A stretch of 63,143 bases of DNA, filler included, from Atractiella rhizophila (lineage: Eukaryota): assembly GCA_021432655.1 (NCBI GenBank). It is 3 parts of 3 records of this genome, joined end to end, with 100 filler letters (N's around TTAATTAATTAA, not from the genome) between each part and the next. Parts side by side here need not be neighbours in the genome. Positions count along the whole stretch, not along the records: positions 1 to 24,412 come from MU271251.1; positions 24,513 to 35,736 come from MU271252.1; 1 more part is not named here. One strand, given 5' to 3'. The translations under genes and the position numbers were made by a program. A model generated the notes under the pieces. It searched no databases, was not told the origin of the DNA, and saw only the letters and a program-made list of their open reading frames with translations. Below, in pieces: positions 12,485-25,820 of the stretch. The number at the start of each line of letters is the position of its first letter. Position 1 is the first letter of the stretch.

Positions 12485-15400
12485 ATGTCAGTCCCTCCCT
12501 CCCCCTCGACCTCCTACCTCTCCCTCCAATCCCGCTACTCCTCCAGCCTCTCCCGCGCCTACGACGACACCCTCGCCCTCCTCTCCTCCCCTCCCTCCTC
12601 ATGGTCCTCCGTACCCGCCCCCGTAGCATCTACCTCCGCCGCTTACAAGGGTAAATCGACCACCGCTGTCCCTAATTGTGTGGGAGAGGGCGTGACCGTC
12701 CATAGGTATAAGGAGACGAAGGGAGGGCCAGCGGTGTTTAGAGCCGGTGTGGAGATTGAGTTGGGTTGCGATGATGGTAATGTCGTTTCTGGTGGGAGTG
12801 GGAGTGCGGAGAGGGAGAGGGAGGCGGGAGAAGGAATGTTGGAGGAGTGGAGAGCTGTTTTGGAACGGGAAGAGTGCAGACTTCATTGTGCGTCTAATAC
12901 ATCTCCTCTCTATTCTATATTCCATTCCATCCGGGTATTATCTCCTTTTAAGAGAGGGTGGTCCAACAAGATGATGCATTTGCTCGTTCTCAAATAGATG
13001 CGTGAGCATTAAACAAGCGTGGATGTTTATTGCGTTTGGGATGACACAGGGGACAAATTGGTCGAACGCACGACCGTGCTCGAGATCCTCGATCCACACA
13101 CGCGCATTGCCAAGACCGACTTTCGTTTAGGATGGCCAGCATCGTATGATTCCCATCTTTCTCCTCTCCCTAAAACTGGCGGCTGACGGCATTCATTCAG
13201 CCCACGGGATGCGATCACCATCACTCGGACCTACATGTCCCCTCTTTCTTCGCCCAATCCCGCCCTCCTAAGCATATCGACTTCCATTCCACCCTCACCT
13301 GAAGGAAGTTCCTCCGACCCTGGCTTCTTGCGGTCCGTATCCTTCTTTCTACCCCAATCCTAGTTTCGATCGATTGAGAGGATATGTAGACCTTCGCCAC
13401 CTTACGTTCGCTCCAACCTCTATCTCATGGCATGGTGTATCCAGCTGGTAGAGGATGAAGCGGGAAGTGTCGAAGGGGAAGGCACACCGAAAGGATCGCG
13501 AAGGGTGCGAGTGACGGTGTTCTGGCAGTGGGATTTGAAGGGAGCGATGTTCTCAACACACCACAAAGAGATCGCCAACCTGCTTTCTTCCCTCATCAAC
13601 TATCTACGGGATCATTCGACACGGATCCCAATCACCACGAGATACGGAAGGCTGCTCTCCCTCTCCTCCTCCCACTTTGATTCCAGCTCGGATACGTTCA
13701 CGACGAACTATTCTATACTGGAGGAATCGGACGTGTTGGAAAGGTTGAGGAGTAAGGCGACGAAGGGATTGGAGGAGGTGAGAGAGGATAGGAGGGAGAG
13801 GAAGGAGGGAATGAGACGCGGCATCGAGTTTTCGTTGGCGTCGAAAGAGGCTTGGGACGTGCGTGTGACCGTCAATGGATTCAAAGGTGGTTCGAAAGGA
13901 GAAGGACAGAACGAAGGAAAAGAGAAAGAAAAGGGGGAGCCGGGATGGATAGCTGTTGCAGAACGAAGGGAGGGGGAGAGAGGAGGGGCGAACCCGAATT
14001 CGAGGTTCGTGATCAGGCTCATACATTCCAAGTTGGAGAATGTGGAAGAGTTTCAACGCGTCAAAGTCGTCATTCAACGGCTCGGTGGTGCGGCTTCCGC
14101 CTTGGTGAGGGTGAATGGAAAAGAATGTGTTGTCTCGCATGCACCGAAGGACGAAAGAGATCCGTCATCCATGTCCTCGTTGTCCATGGTTGAAGGCTCG
14201 ATGGGCGGAGTGGAGGAGAGTGTGATTTGGTTTGGTGGAGAGGATGAGGTGGAGGGGGATGGAAAAGGGAAGGGGAAAGGAAAAGGGAGGAAAGGGGGAG
14301 TGGAGTTGGAGGCGAGCTTTGGGAATTGGCTGAAGGAGAACGCGGCGGTGGATGACGGAGAGAGTAGCCTGGCGACTAATAAGAGTTTGAGCGAGAGTGG
14401 GGGCGAAGGGAGTAGTGGTATTGAGGTGGAAACGAGCAGGAAGGGTTCGCTGGCGGTGAGGGGGAAGACGATTAAGGCCAGAGCTTTGGGTCCGAGAACG
14501 CTGGAGCAGCTGCAGATGCAGATGAAGAAGGAAATCAACGATAAGATTCGGAGGAGTTATATTTATTTTACTAGCCTTCTTCAAGTTTGTCTTGTTTATT
14601 CCCCTTTCACATATGGGCTGATAGGTGTTGGTAGGAACCGGAAGCAAAGTGGCGTCGAGTTTCTGAAGGTCGCGGTGTCACTGTCAGCAAAGTACATTTT
14701 AATAGTCTTCATTCATACCCCTAGTGCTCACCTTTCATAACTTAGCTCGACTCTATTGATCCCACCTTGACGATATTTCGCGCGGAAGCTGTCTTTGTTG
14801 GACTCAATGTTTGGGACGTCTTTTCTACGGTCTCGTCTGCCGGCGCTCGGGTGGTATGGGATAAGACAGTGGAGGATGTCAAACTCTTGGAAGAGGTGAC
14901 GGACTTGACATCTCTATGGAGGATTGGAATGAAAGCTAGTTGGCCCGTAGCGTGAGCTTTCTCCAGTCTAGCTTTCCCTTCACCTCTTTCATGATCTGTG
15001 AGGGTTAACACTCGGTATGATGGATCAGTGCTCGCGACAGCGTCCAGTTGCGGACGTTCTACAAATCTCCCACTTCCATCCATGTCTTTTCGTCCTCGAC
15101 AGACGACCTAGGACTCTTTCCTTCCATTCCTCCTGTCCCTTCTGGCACCATTCGAACGCATACAGATTTGCATGGATGGTCCATCGAAGGTCTCTCCCCG
15201 ACGACAACGCAGATCATCCTCCTCGATCAGTCGGATCCGAAGGGGTGGTCGAGCAAATCCTGGACCCCCAACTACCTCATCAACTCCATTGCTGGTGTTG
15301 GAGAATTCGCGATAAAGAGTGGAGGTCCACCTCTGGTTACTCGATTGCTAGGTGCTTCAACAGAAGTGGAGAAATATGACCACGACAAGAGTTTCTTCAA

Positions 15401-18400
15401 GCTCGAGTATAAAGCGTCAAAGAAACCGCTCTCCATTAGCAGCTGGGAAGACGTCCCTGTCACCGCAGATCCCAACCTTTCACAGGTTCCTGTGGAGACG
15501 ATCGAGTGCGAGATCAGGTGCGACTGTGTGACTTGGGCATCGAGCGTTGATGTAGTCATCGACCCTCCCCCTGCGAGGACCTCCGTGCTTCGACGCCACC
15601 GTCTGTCATTCAGCGGAGGGACCTGGTTGACGATCGAGCATTCCGCTCAAAGCGTTGGGAACGATCGAATCTTTGTACTCATCCGAAAAGGCCAAGCGAA
15701 TAGAGAGAAGGGCTCGGTCTTCATCAATGGGTCGAAGGCGAAAGTGGACACAGAAGATCTGGCGGAGGACGAAGTGAAGAATCGGTCGAAACAGAAGAGA
15801 ATCAAAGTGAATCCGATGCCGCTGGATCAGTACCCGATGATTGGCCCAAGACACACACCTAAAGGTGGCACTCCTGTCTCGGAAACACCGCCGGGATCAG
15901 CGACGAAAGCCTCGATGCCTTTATACAACGACGAGACCGTTAGAGGTCTCCCTGCAGTCCCAAGTTCTCCAAAGACATCAGTCCCCCCGCCTATGATAAG
16001 TGGCAACTTGTTCTCGAGACCTCCTCAACCTCCTCCAACTTACTCACTCGAAGGACTCTCATGGCTTCAACAGTTTTATCTAGAGCAAAGCTCTGATCCG
16101 ACGGTGGCCGGTATTGGTTGGTCTGAAATGTCCAATAAAGGTGGACTGCTGGTTCGCAAGAAGTTGATTCCGCACATCTCTGATAGTCTACCCGTCTATC
16201 ACGCATCGAAGGTCATCGAAGGTGTTACCGCCTCAGATCTGGCGGACGTGCTCAACAACCTGGACTGCAGGAAGGAATGGGATGACCGTGTCGAGACCAA
16301 TGCTGTTTTGGAGAGTTTTGGTTATGGATGCTATACTTCGTGAGTTCTGCCTAAGAACACAACTTCTGAAACTTTGCTCATTACCTGTGTAGATGCCTCA
16401 CTACCAAATCCAGCTTCCCGCTGAAAGGTCGCGTCTTCTGCACGTCGACAACTTCCGGACAATTTCTTCTTCCAGGTTCCTCAAACTCGTCCAGCACTTC
16501 CACAATATTCTTCGTTGCATCCGTCTCCGTGCCCATCGGCCCTACATTCGATCAGAACAAGCTGAATCCTGCCCAACTGCCTCCCGGCCAAGTCCTCTTA
16601 GAAGGCTGGATTCTGGAGCCGATTGATCCTTACACCTCCAACACCTACCAGATCCCATCTGCACGATGCTCCCACTTCTCGTGCGTCGACTACCTAGGCT
16701 CTGTATCATCCGCTATTAGCTCCATGCTCAACACAAACTTTGGACGATTGATGAACTCTCTCGAGAAGTTGACGAAGCGGTTGGGAGCGTTGCCACATGT
16801 GCATACCCCTCCTTCCGCTTTTCAAATCGAGGGACCACTTGCTCCCGAGTCCGGACAGAGCGGAAGCTGGGAGATTACGGACGTGGCGGATCTAGTCGGC
16901 CAGTCCAAGTTGCTTCTCTCACATTTCAACCTCACTGCACGATCCTTTCGCTCCTATACCCTCTCCACTCTTCAAACAACGCCTTCATCCACGCTCAAAG
17001 CCAGCGCAGCCCAACGAGCATCTCGCCTCGCCAACAAAGGGTCCCTAAGAAGAGATTCGTCCCCATCCTCGAGGCATCCTATTCCACATGAATTGAGGCG
17101 AAGACCTAGTTCGACCACCTTAGACGTTCATCGTCGCTCTCGGTCTCTGTCAAACGTGTCGATCGGCAACCCATTTGACCCTGAGGCTCTTGAGACTCTT
17201 TATCTGCAAGAGGTTATCGTAGACCTCAAGCTCTTCCCTGCTGGATATGACCTCAACTGCGCTGCAACCTTTAGAACCTCGTCGGGAGGTGACGAACCAG
17301 CTCCCTTGAATGGAGACGAAGACCTCTTGCCTGCTTTCTCGAAAGTGCCTCTACAAGTCAGTGTCACCGATGTCCCTGTTCCTGCCGTGTTCCTGGAGGC
17401 ATCTGGGTCTGGCGACGCTGCTAAGAGAGTGCAACACCTCGTGCGCATATTCGTGCCCTTGAACGAGGGTGAGAAAGAGCCTCGTCCGAGTTGGTATAAG
17501 AAGTTGAAGAAAGGAGAAAGCCTAGTTCTGGATCTGAGAATCACGCAGAATCCATTGGCTGATGGCTTGAATGAAGAAAGTGAAGTCGGGACTGGAAAGG
17601 TTAAGGTGCGAGTGACCTTTTAACGGAGAACGGGTAGAAGTTGGAGAAGGAAGAGGACTTCTGGGTAGGAGTGAAGATGAAGGATGGATCGAGCGATTGC
17701 CGAAACTGTCAAGGTATGTCTGCAGTTTTCTATGCCTACGAATTTTATGCTGAGGTGACTGCAGGACGAGCCGCCACGAAGAGGAGGGAGAAGTTGAGGT
17801 GTTGCCGAAAAAGTTCGGACGACCGCTTTGTGTTTCCAACAAGCTACTCAAGCCACCGTCATCGCAAGAACCTACGCCGGACGCATCGCCTAATCCTACC
17901 CCTCAGATTCAAACCGCTACAACGTTCGATGCTGCAGCGAAGGCAGCTACGGGTGAGAACGAAAGAGAAGCGGGGTCTGACACTCCTGTTGGACCAGGAA
18001 AACAGAAGCGCTCTTCAATAGCTGCACTCATTCCCAAGGAGCGCTCGGGTTCAAATCCCCTCCTCTCACTTCCAGGAAGTTTACTCTCCCTCACTCGTCA
18101 ACCGTCCCCAGCGCCTGCCCCACTGCCTACTTCAACTTCTCATCAGCAAGGCACCGGTGGATACTCCCTGCGCTTTCTAATCACTATGTGCATAATATGC
18201 TTCCTCTTTGGTTCCTTCCTTCGTGCTCTGCTCGCTCCTATCGATTTTATCTTCATTCCTCCTGACAGCACCGACATGACGCTTGAAGAAAGCTTGATGG
18301 ATGCTTTGGATCCTAACAGGCGGTGGAGGGCCGCGAGGAGAATCACGCAACTGAGGATACCCTTCTTCAGCTGGGATCTCGTTGTTGCGATGGCTCTGAG

Positions 18401-18407
18401 GCGGTAG
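12485..18407 (+). CDS. Large multi-START (SRPBCC) lipid-binding protein with C-terminal transmembrane segment
   Basis: Repeated START-type motifs: WDKLVERTTVLEILD..LGWPASPRD, WDKTVEDVKLLEEV..ASWPV..RD, EWDDRVETNAVLES..FPLKGRVF. Hydrophobic FLITMCIICFLFGSFLRALL near the end. Divergent from SGF73. Confidence 0.82.
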
Positions 18408-18623
18408 TTTTGTTCAATTCTGGATTCGCATGTTGTAGTTTGATTTTCATTCCTTTTCTTACCTCGTTCTTCTCTTCGCAATAGTGTAAATATGCAATAT
18501 TAGCCGTAACGAAGGAAATTACCAAATCACGTGTGGGGGGTTGACCTCTTCAACTGCATCAACCAAACTCCAAAAATTCAAACAATCCGGACTTCTCCAT
18601 AACCTCCTTTCAAGGCTTTCAGC

Positions 18624-20074
18624 ATGAGCCTCCTCCGTTCAACCGTCTCAAAATCGCATCTCTCCCTCCCCGTAACGACGACGTTCAAGCCTTCGGGCGT
18701 TCCCCTCGTCCGAGGTCTCAACCAGACCCTTGCATCACCTCACCACGGAGGTGACGCTGAACATGGACACGAAGAAGTCAGCCTTCTTCCCAGCGAGTTC
18801 GCGGCCAAGAGGGGCTTTGGAAGCAAAATTGCGCTTGGCAGGGGTGGAGTCGCTGCGACAACAATGCTTGCGGGTGAGTAGCCGAATGCCATTCCTGGAG
18901 TATGGGAGATTAGCAGGATACGGCAATGGTTGGGAGCGCCTCTTACTTTAGGACATGCCGTCTTATAGTATCGAGTTGCTCACATAACGGAGCTCTCAAG
19001 CTCGAAGGTGTTGTTGCCGGAGCATTCTGATGTTTCCCTCTGAGGATTCTATACCCAGGAACGACGAATGGGCAGCTCTTCAATCTCATTGCTCCTATTG
19101 ACATTTGCGAACCAAGAGGCGTGAGCCTAGACGTTTGCATTCCTTTGACAACATCAACTTGAGTTTGTCCTCCATCCCGTTTCGGGCAACTATTTTGTGG
19201 GATGTCACAGCCCTCAATCCATTATATGGCCCTGGAATATCGCGACCTTCACCCATTTTGTAGCTTTTGTTCGAGAGCTGACCTTCCTCGTTTCTTCTGC
19301 AGGACGAGTAACTCCTTCCTCTCTGCGTTTCCTTCGACCTTTCTCCACGACTGCCGCCCGTCCAGCGCTCTCTGGTCCCGCCGCTCGAGTCGTTGAAGGT
19401 GACTTCGACAGCACGAAAGTGCCTTCGGACTACCAAGCGCATGCATCCTCCACATCCGAAGACTACGGGCGTGCCGTGTCCTATTTCGCGATTGGCACCA
19501 TGAGTGCACTTACCGTTGCCGGTGCAAAATCCACTGTCGTTGACATCCTTCAAAACATGAGTGCTTCGGCCGACGTTTTGGCCATGGCCAGGGTTGAGGT
19601 GGACTTGAGCACTATTCCGGAGGGGAGGAATGTCATCATTAAGTGGAGGGGAAAACCTGTGTTTGTTAGGCACAGAACGGCGAAGGAAATTGAGGAGGCG
19701 AATGAGGTGGACGTGAGCAGCTTAAGGGATCCGCAGCAGGACAGTGATAGGGTTCAGAAGTACGTTTTCTTTCATCTTTAGGCTTGCAAGGGTGAAATAT
19801 TGACGTTTTTGGAATGGCAGGCCTGAGTGGCTCGTCATGCTTGGTGTCTGCACCCATCTTGGTTGTGTGCCCATCGGAGAAGCTGGCGATTATGGAGGAT
19901 GGTTCTGCCCTTGCCAGTACGCTGTTGCATATCTCTTTCTGCCCTCGTATTAACATTACAAACAGCGGATCGCATTACGACATCTCCGGTCGGATAAGAA
20001 GAGGCCCTGCTCCCCTCAACCTCGAAATTCCTGAGTATGCGTTCAGCGAAGATGGAAAACTAGTCATTGGTTAG
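18624..20074 (+). CDS. RIP1: Ubiquinol-cytochrome c reductase Rieske iron-sulfur subunit
   Basis: [69 protein letters not shown]. Confidence 0.97.
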
Positions 20075-20476
20075 AATGTTATTGTATGGAAGGAGTGGTG
20101 TGAGCCCGTAATTCATGAGCAAAGTCCAGCGATGTTCCGTCCGTCCTCTCGCTCAGTGGCGTCCTCAACTTGTTCTTGCCGTCCAATTTCAAGCAGCTTG
20201 ATGGCAATGGTGTGCTCCATTCTTGCATTCTTCCTAGTTGCTTGAAGAAAGCCCTATTCCAGCTTTGTCTAGCAATCAAGCGAGGATGTGAATGGGACTT
20301 CCGGTTTCCTCTCAAATTCCTCTATTCATTCATATTCCAGCGCTGGTCACCTCCAGCCTGTCGAATACTCAAGCGTTGGTGTCGTGAGAATTTGATTTGT
20401 GACTCTTAAAGAGACAGACGCCGCGCTCCGTATAACAACCGCGTCGAGGCACTCATGCTATGCCCAACTCCAAACA

Positions 20477-23400
20477 ATGATGAAGCTCAAGGGTACACTC
20501 CTTGACTGGCCTCAGGCCCAGCCTGACAAAGCCGCCAAGCGGCGGCATCTCCGTCGACTTGCGTATGGTGGCATTATTGTCCTCGCTGCCTTTGCTGCCA
20601 ATGTTTTCCATCTTCATTCCTTCGCTTCATTGAAGGGGTCTGGGAGAACCGTAAATGCGTCTCCAGAAGACATAGATAAATGTGCAAGCCTCAAACTCGT
20701 TCCTGGGGCACCAGACGACTTTGCGGAAGGACGGGTGAGGAATGAGCGATTTGTTGAAGGAACTGAGGATGTTTACATCTTCAACGCCACCGTCTGGACG
20801 GGGACTGGTTCTACAGTGCGTTCCAATACTGCATTCAATCTTTTTTCTCTGAAGCATACTCGTTATGGTGTAGCTTAGAAATACTTCCGTTCATCTCTCC
20901 CAAGGCGTCATTCGCTCTGTAAACCCGTCTGTCACCCCTTCTGATGCTGTTTCCCTCGATGCAAACGGGGCGTTCATTACACCTGCCCTTTTCGACTTGC
21001 ACAATCATTTCGGGGTGTACAGTCAGCCAGAATCGGATGGAACGTATGTTCCAACTCCTCGTGCGACTCTCTCTTTGACTCTTTGACGGTGCCTTTTTCC
21101 AGGACCGACGGCAACTCGATGGTTGGTCCCATTCGCCATTTCTTAAGGTCGCTTGATGGATTCAACACACATGACGCGGCGCGCCATCGTATTGTTGCTG
21201 GCGGAATTGGGACCTCTCTTGTTCTACCCGGGAGCGCGAACACTATGGGTGGTCAGGCTTTCGTCTTCAAGATGCGGAAAACTAAGGAGAATACTCCAAC
21301 GAGCATGCTTCTAGAACCCCCTTGGACACTACCAAATGTTACGAGAGAAGAGAAATACATCAAGAGTGGGAGAACTCCGTGGAGGCATTTGAAGATGGCT
21401 CAAGGCGAGAATCCAACGAGGATATATCAGCTCACCAGGATGGATACCAACTGGAATATCCGGTATCTAAGTTGTTTGAAATATGTCATTTGTTTATTGA
21501 GCAGTGTGCGAGCAGGGTTGAGTTTCAGAAAGCGAAGGAGCTCAAAGACAAGCAGGACGATTTCTGTGCACGTCTAGAATCAGGGACGCAGAAAGAGATG
21601 GAGCATTTTCCGGAGGACTTGGAGTACGATGCAATAGCAGATCTGCTTCGGTTTGCCTCTTTCCTCCGAGTATCACATTTGGATTAATGATAGATTCTTA
21701 GTGGGAGGGGTAAAGTTGAACATTCATTGGTAGGCGATGTACTTGTTAGCAGTTGTCGCATGCCCAAGCTTGTCATCTAGCTACGAGACCACGGACTTCG
21801 ATAGCATGATCAGGCACTCGAATGAGTTTAAGTTTCCAATTGCAGGTATGTTTTATAAGGCCGCGACCAGTTTCACCAGCTCACGATTTCTCCATTTAGC
21901 TTTCCACCACGCTCATGAAGTCCGTACCACGTTTATTTTCATGATTAACACGTTGAAAGTGTGTGTGATTCAAAGGCGTGGTTGGTTCCCGACCGTTTAC
22001 GGGAGACATACGGAGGAACTCCAGGTGTGCTTCCTCCTCGATGTTGACTATCCTCACGTACTCAACATGCTGCTGTGCCCAAGCCGTCGCCATCTTCTTT
22101 GCGTTTTACCGTTGGAAGCGTGAAGCGTATCGTGGGACCGAATATGCATCGATCATCCTGAACAACAAGAACATCTCTGTGAATATTTTGTCATTCTTTT
22201 TCTCCTTCAGAAATTGAGATGTGAAATAGGTAGTGCATCACTCTGATCATTCCGATTTACTGGATGCACGCTACATGCTTTACGAAGCTGCTCAGGTAAT
22301 TGTCCTCAAAGCGTAACAACCATGTAATTTTGGATGCAGGCGCATCACGTTGGGCTTTCAGCTGAAGTTGCACTGAAGAGTGTCACTACGACTCCTGCAG
22401 AGGCGGCTGGAATGGGACACAGACTTGGGAAGATTAAGCCTGGATATGATGCTGGTGCGTCCCATTCGCTTTCACTCCGGCTGACGGCAGGATTTGACGC
22501 AACTCAGACATCGTGCTTTGGGACAGTCATCCTCTCAGGTTTGCACCTCTGCTCATATACTGACCGCTCATTCAACCTTCCACTGCAGCCTAGGAGCGTC
22601 ACCAAAGCAGGTCTGGATTGACGGGATTGCGCAAATTGAACACTCTTTTCCTACACGAGCGGAGACAGAACCCATGTCAGCTTCAGCACCGAACTCGGCT
22701 TCCTACGAGGTGCCAACGGATCCTTTATCCGGCCCCACGCTCTCATCTACCACACAGGAAGTTCTGCTTTACAATATTTCATCCATTTTTCGGCGCATGC
22801 CAGATGGACGCCTATTGGAGGAGCTGTACAACGGTAGCCAGGATTCACATCACCAATTTGGTCTCATCATTCGAGATGGACGTGTTTCGTTTGCTGGAGT
22901 AATGGATGTTTTGCAAGTTGACGAGTCCCTTCAACGCATCGACTTAAAGGGGGGATCCATTTTGCCGTCTGCTACCTCCTTTGGCCCTCCCATGGGGCTC
23001 ACAGAGATCGAACTTGAGGCGTCTACCAACGACGGCTTCATATACGATCCCCTGTTTTCATCGTCGCGCGCAAGCCCTTTGACTGAAACTCTTGTGTATG
23101 AGTCACCAGTGAAAGCGAAGGACGGGATTAGCTTCGGCGGGAAGGATATGCTGACTGCTGTTTCGGAAGGCGTCACCAAATCTATCACTGCTCCCATGGG
23201 CAAGGGCTTCTTCTCAGGAATCAGCACATATTTTAGGCTTGGAGCACAACATGGTGAAGAGGACTTCTTACATTTATCCGCTATGATGCTGAGAGGATCC
23301 TGTAGGCTTAGAAGTAACAGCTTTCATTCAAGACGAAGTCGCCCTGCATGTATCCATCACTAACGCGGGTGCGGCTTCTGCTTTCAGCTCTGATAATAAT

Positions 23401-24162
23401 TGAAGGGTTAATCAAATAGGTCCCAGTATCTCGACCCTGATTGGCGCCTTACGAGAACTCCTTCTCTCCGGGACTTCGCCGTATTTCAATAAAGCTGCCA
23501 GAGGAGAGATGCCGCTTGTTGTCACTGTCGAGAAAGCGGACCACATGGTTTCTTTGCTTCGTCTCAAAAAGGAAGTAGAGGAAGTAACAGGGAACAAGAT
23601 GAAAATGATATTTTCTGGTGGAACAGAAGCCCATCTTATTGTCGATGGGCTTGTAGAGGCAGATGTCCCAGTGGTCGTTCTTGCACCACGATGCGGTCCG
23701 AACGAATGGAATCGAAGAAGATGGTACTTTTCTTCCCACGAATTGGAGCCAGTCTCATACCTTCAGCAGCCTCGACGGACCGCCCTTGACGGAGACCTCG
23801 CTGCCTGTTTACCTGACACTAAACAATGTAACAGTCGCGTTTGGAACAAAAGGGGCGAACTGTTTCGTTCGTCATAGATGGAACGAGGCAGGATGGGCGT
23901 ACAAAACATCTGCTGGTCGAATATCAAAAGCACAGGCAGTAGCTTGGGCAGCCGGCAACCTGGAGAACATGCTTGGTTTGGAGATCAAAGACACTTTGGA
24001 GGTTGGGGAACTGGCAGATTTTGTTGCTTTTGAGGTCAGTGTTCGTATATGAGTTGTGCTTATGATGCCCACCCTCAGGCAATGAAACAGGGAGACCCAT
24101 TCGAATTTGACGGAAGGCCGCGAGTAGTTGCAGACGGTTCAGGGAAGGTGTTCGTTCTCTGA
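20477..24162 (+). CDS. Two-domain metal-dependent amidohydrolase-family protein with N-terminal membrane anchor, many exons
   Basis: GAFITPALFDLHNHFGVY (HxH motif), GIGTSLVLPGSANTMGGQ, LKMAQGENP, AFHHAHE, RLGKIKPGYDA, ADFVAFEGDPF. Confidence 0.85.
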
Positions 24163-24412
24163 ACCTGATCGCAAGCGTAGTATTGGATCACCCAGCTCCA
24201 ACCCATCAAAATAAGTTATTGAGAAGGTTCAGCTATTACATAGCGATATCACAATACAATGCCCATATCGAGTTCCCCTTTATAGAGCCCTCATGTTCCA
24301 TGCTATATATATCTGATTCTGCAGTTTCTCGAAGAGTGTTGTACAACGATTCATTGTTAATACTACAACAGCACGGACATCTCTAGACCGAATGAGACTG
24401 ATTGACAGTGAT

Positions 24413-24512
24413 NNNNNNNNNNNNNNNNNNNNNNNNNNNNNNNNNNNNNNNNNNNNTTAATTAATTAANNNNNNNNNNNNNNNNNNNNNNNNNNNNNNNN
24501 NNNNNNNNNNNN
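24413..24512. other. Artificial scaffold linker N44-TTAATTAATTAA-N44
   Basis: Exactly 100 nt with a central motif giving stops in all six frames. Identical linker at 35737-35836. Confidence 0.97.
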
Positions 24513-25820
24513 GACGTCATGGCGCACGATGGAGGAGACGGTGGCGGGGTGAGCATCATTGTGCTTTCTTGTTGTGAGTCGATGTGAGGGTGATGTTGGG
24601 GTCTGAGCAGGAGACGAAGGCTTTTAAGGGATATGGATGACATCGTGTGAATAGAATAGTTCGGAGAAGTTCGAATTCCCATCTTTCAAGATATCAGCTC
24701 ATCGATTGACAAAGCGGCCGGAAGCCGTTTGTCCAATTCATCGGTTCAACTCCGGCCGCGGGTACTCTCAGCCGGATGACCTGTCTGAATTGTCAACTGA
24801 CTGCCAGTGCAGTGCCAATGCAGTCAGCGCACTGTCAGCGACTGCCTGTGGATGATGGAGTGTGGATTTAAAGCCGAGTAAGCTCGAGTAAGCTTGCCCA
24901 AAGCAATCAGATGGATCTGCAAAGTAGATGATGCTTGGTTCTGTGAGCGGTTGTAAGCTCAGTTGCTCGTTGATTCATACGCGGCAGAAATCGGAAAGCA
25001 AAAAAGCTGAATTTGTTGGCTTTGGTGATTCACCCGACGCATGGAATGTGTGATCCAAATGGAGCTAGATCCAATATTGCAAGGACAAATTACGACAAAT
25101 TAGGATGCCTAGGTTCATTCCAGCATGCAACAATTGCATTGACACCAATTAACACCTGTTCGTCAGGCTTTCAATGCATTCGTGCCAAGCTGCAACCCCA
25201 ATCCTTTCAGCGTAAACGATCTAACCGGTCAGGATCATGGTTCAGCGCCGAAGAAGAGCCAAAAACCTTCCGTTCCTTTATCCCCCACTGCCGTTTTCTA
25301 TGCAATCCTGGAAAGACGACATACTGTAATTGACAACTCCATCTTTCCTCTTCTCCCTCGACTCCATTGGGCCGGCTGAGATGCAGACGTCATATCGACA
25401 GTCTCCTAGAGCTCCGAGGAAGGCACTCTGGTGATCCCACGGTGATCCGTTGGCTTCCATCTCATCCTTCGTCTCCAAACCAAAATTGTTTGAAAGATGT
25501 CCGAACCACATTCGGAGCCGTTAAGGTCCGCATCGGACAGCACGGAAGCTTGCACAACACGTGATTTTGACAATTCTTCAAGTCTCCTCACGTATAGTCT
25601 GCCTTTTGTACCCTTTTCTTGAGAATTTACTGCTTCGCAAAGCGTGATGCTTGTCTATCTATGAGCAACACTATTCGTTTGGTTTTTTCTGTTGTCGCAG
25701 AGCTCTCCACGTCGAGAACCAGCTGGCGACATAAAGTCGAACTTGGTGAGATTTCTTTTGTGCACTTCTAGCGTGAATTGATCTAATGATGTGGTATATT
25801 AGTGCCATATACGCTGTGAC

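Noticed and set aside
24457..24468. TTAATTAATTAA palindromic motif (also 35781-35792) as a piggyBac target or regulatory site
   Set aside because: Centred in exactly 44+44 Ns both times; it is an artificial six-frame-stop linker.
24513..24682. Minus-strand ORF start MMLTPPPSPPS running into the gap
   Set aside because: May be a real 5' end but is too short to support a call.
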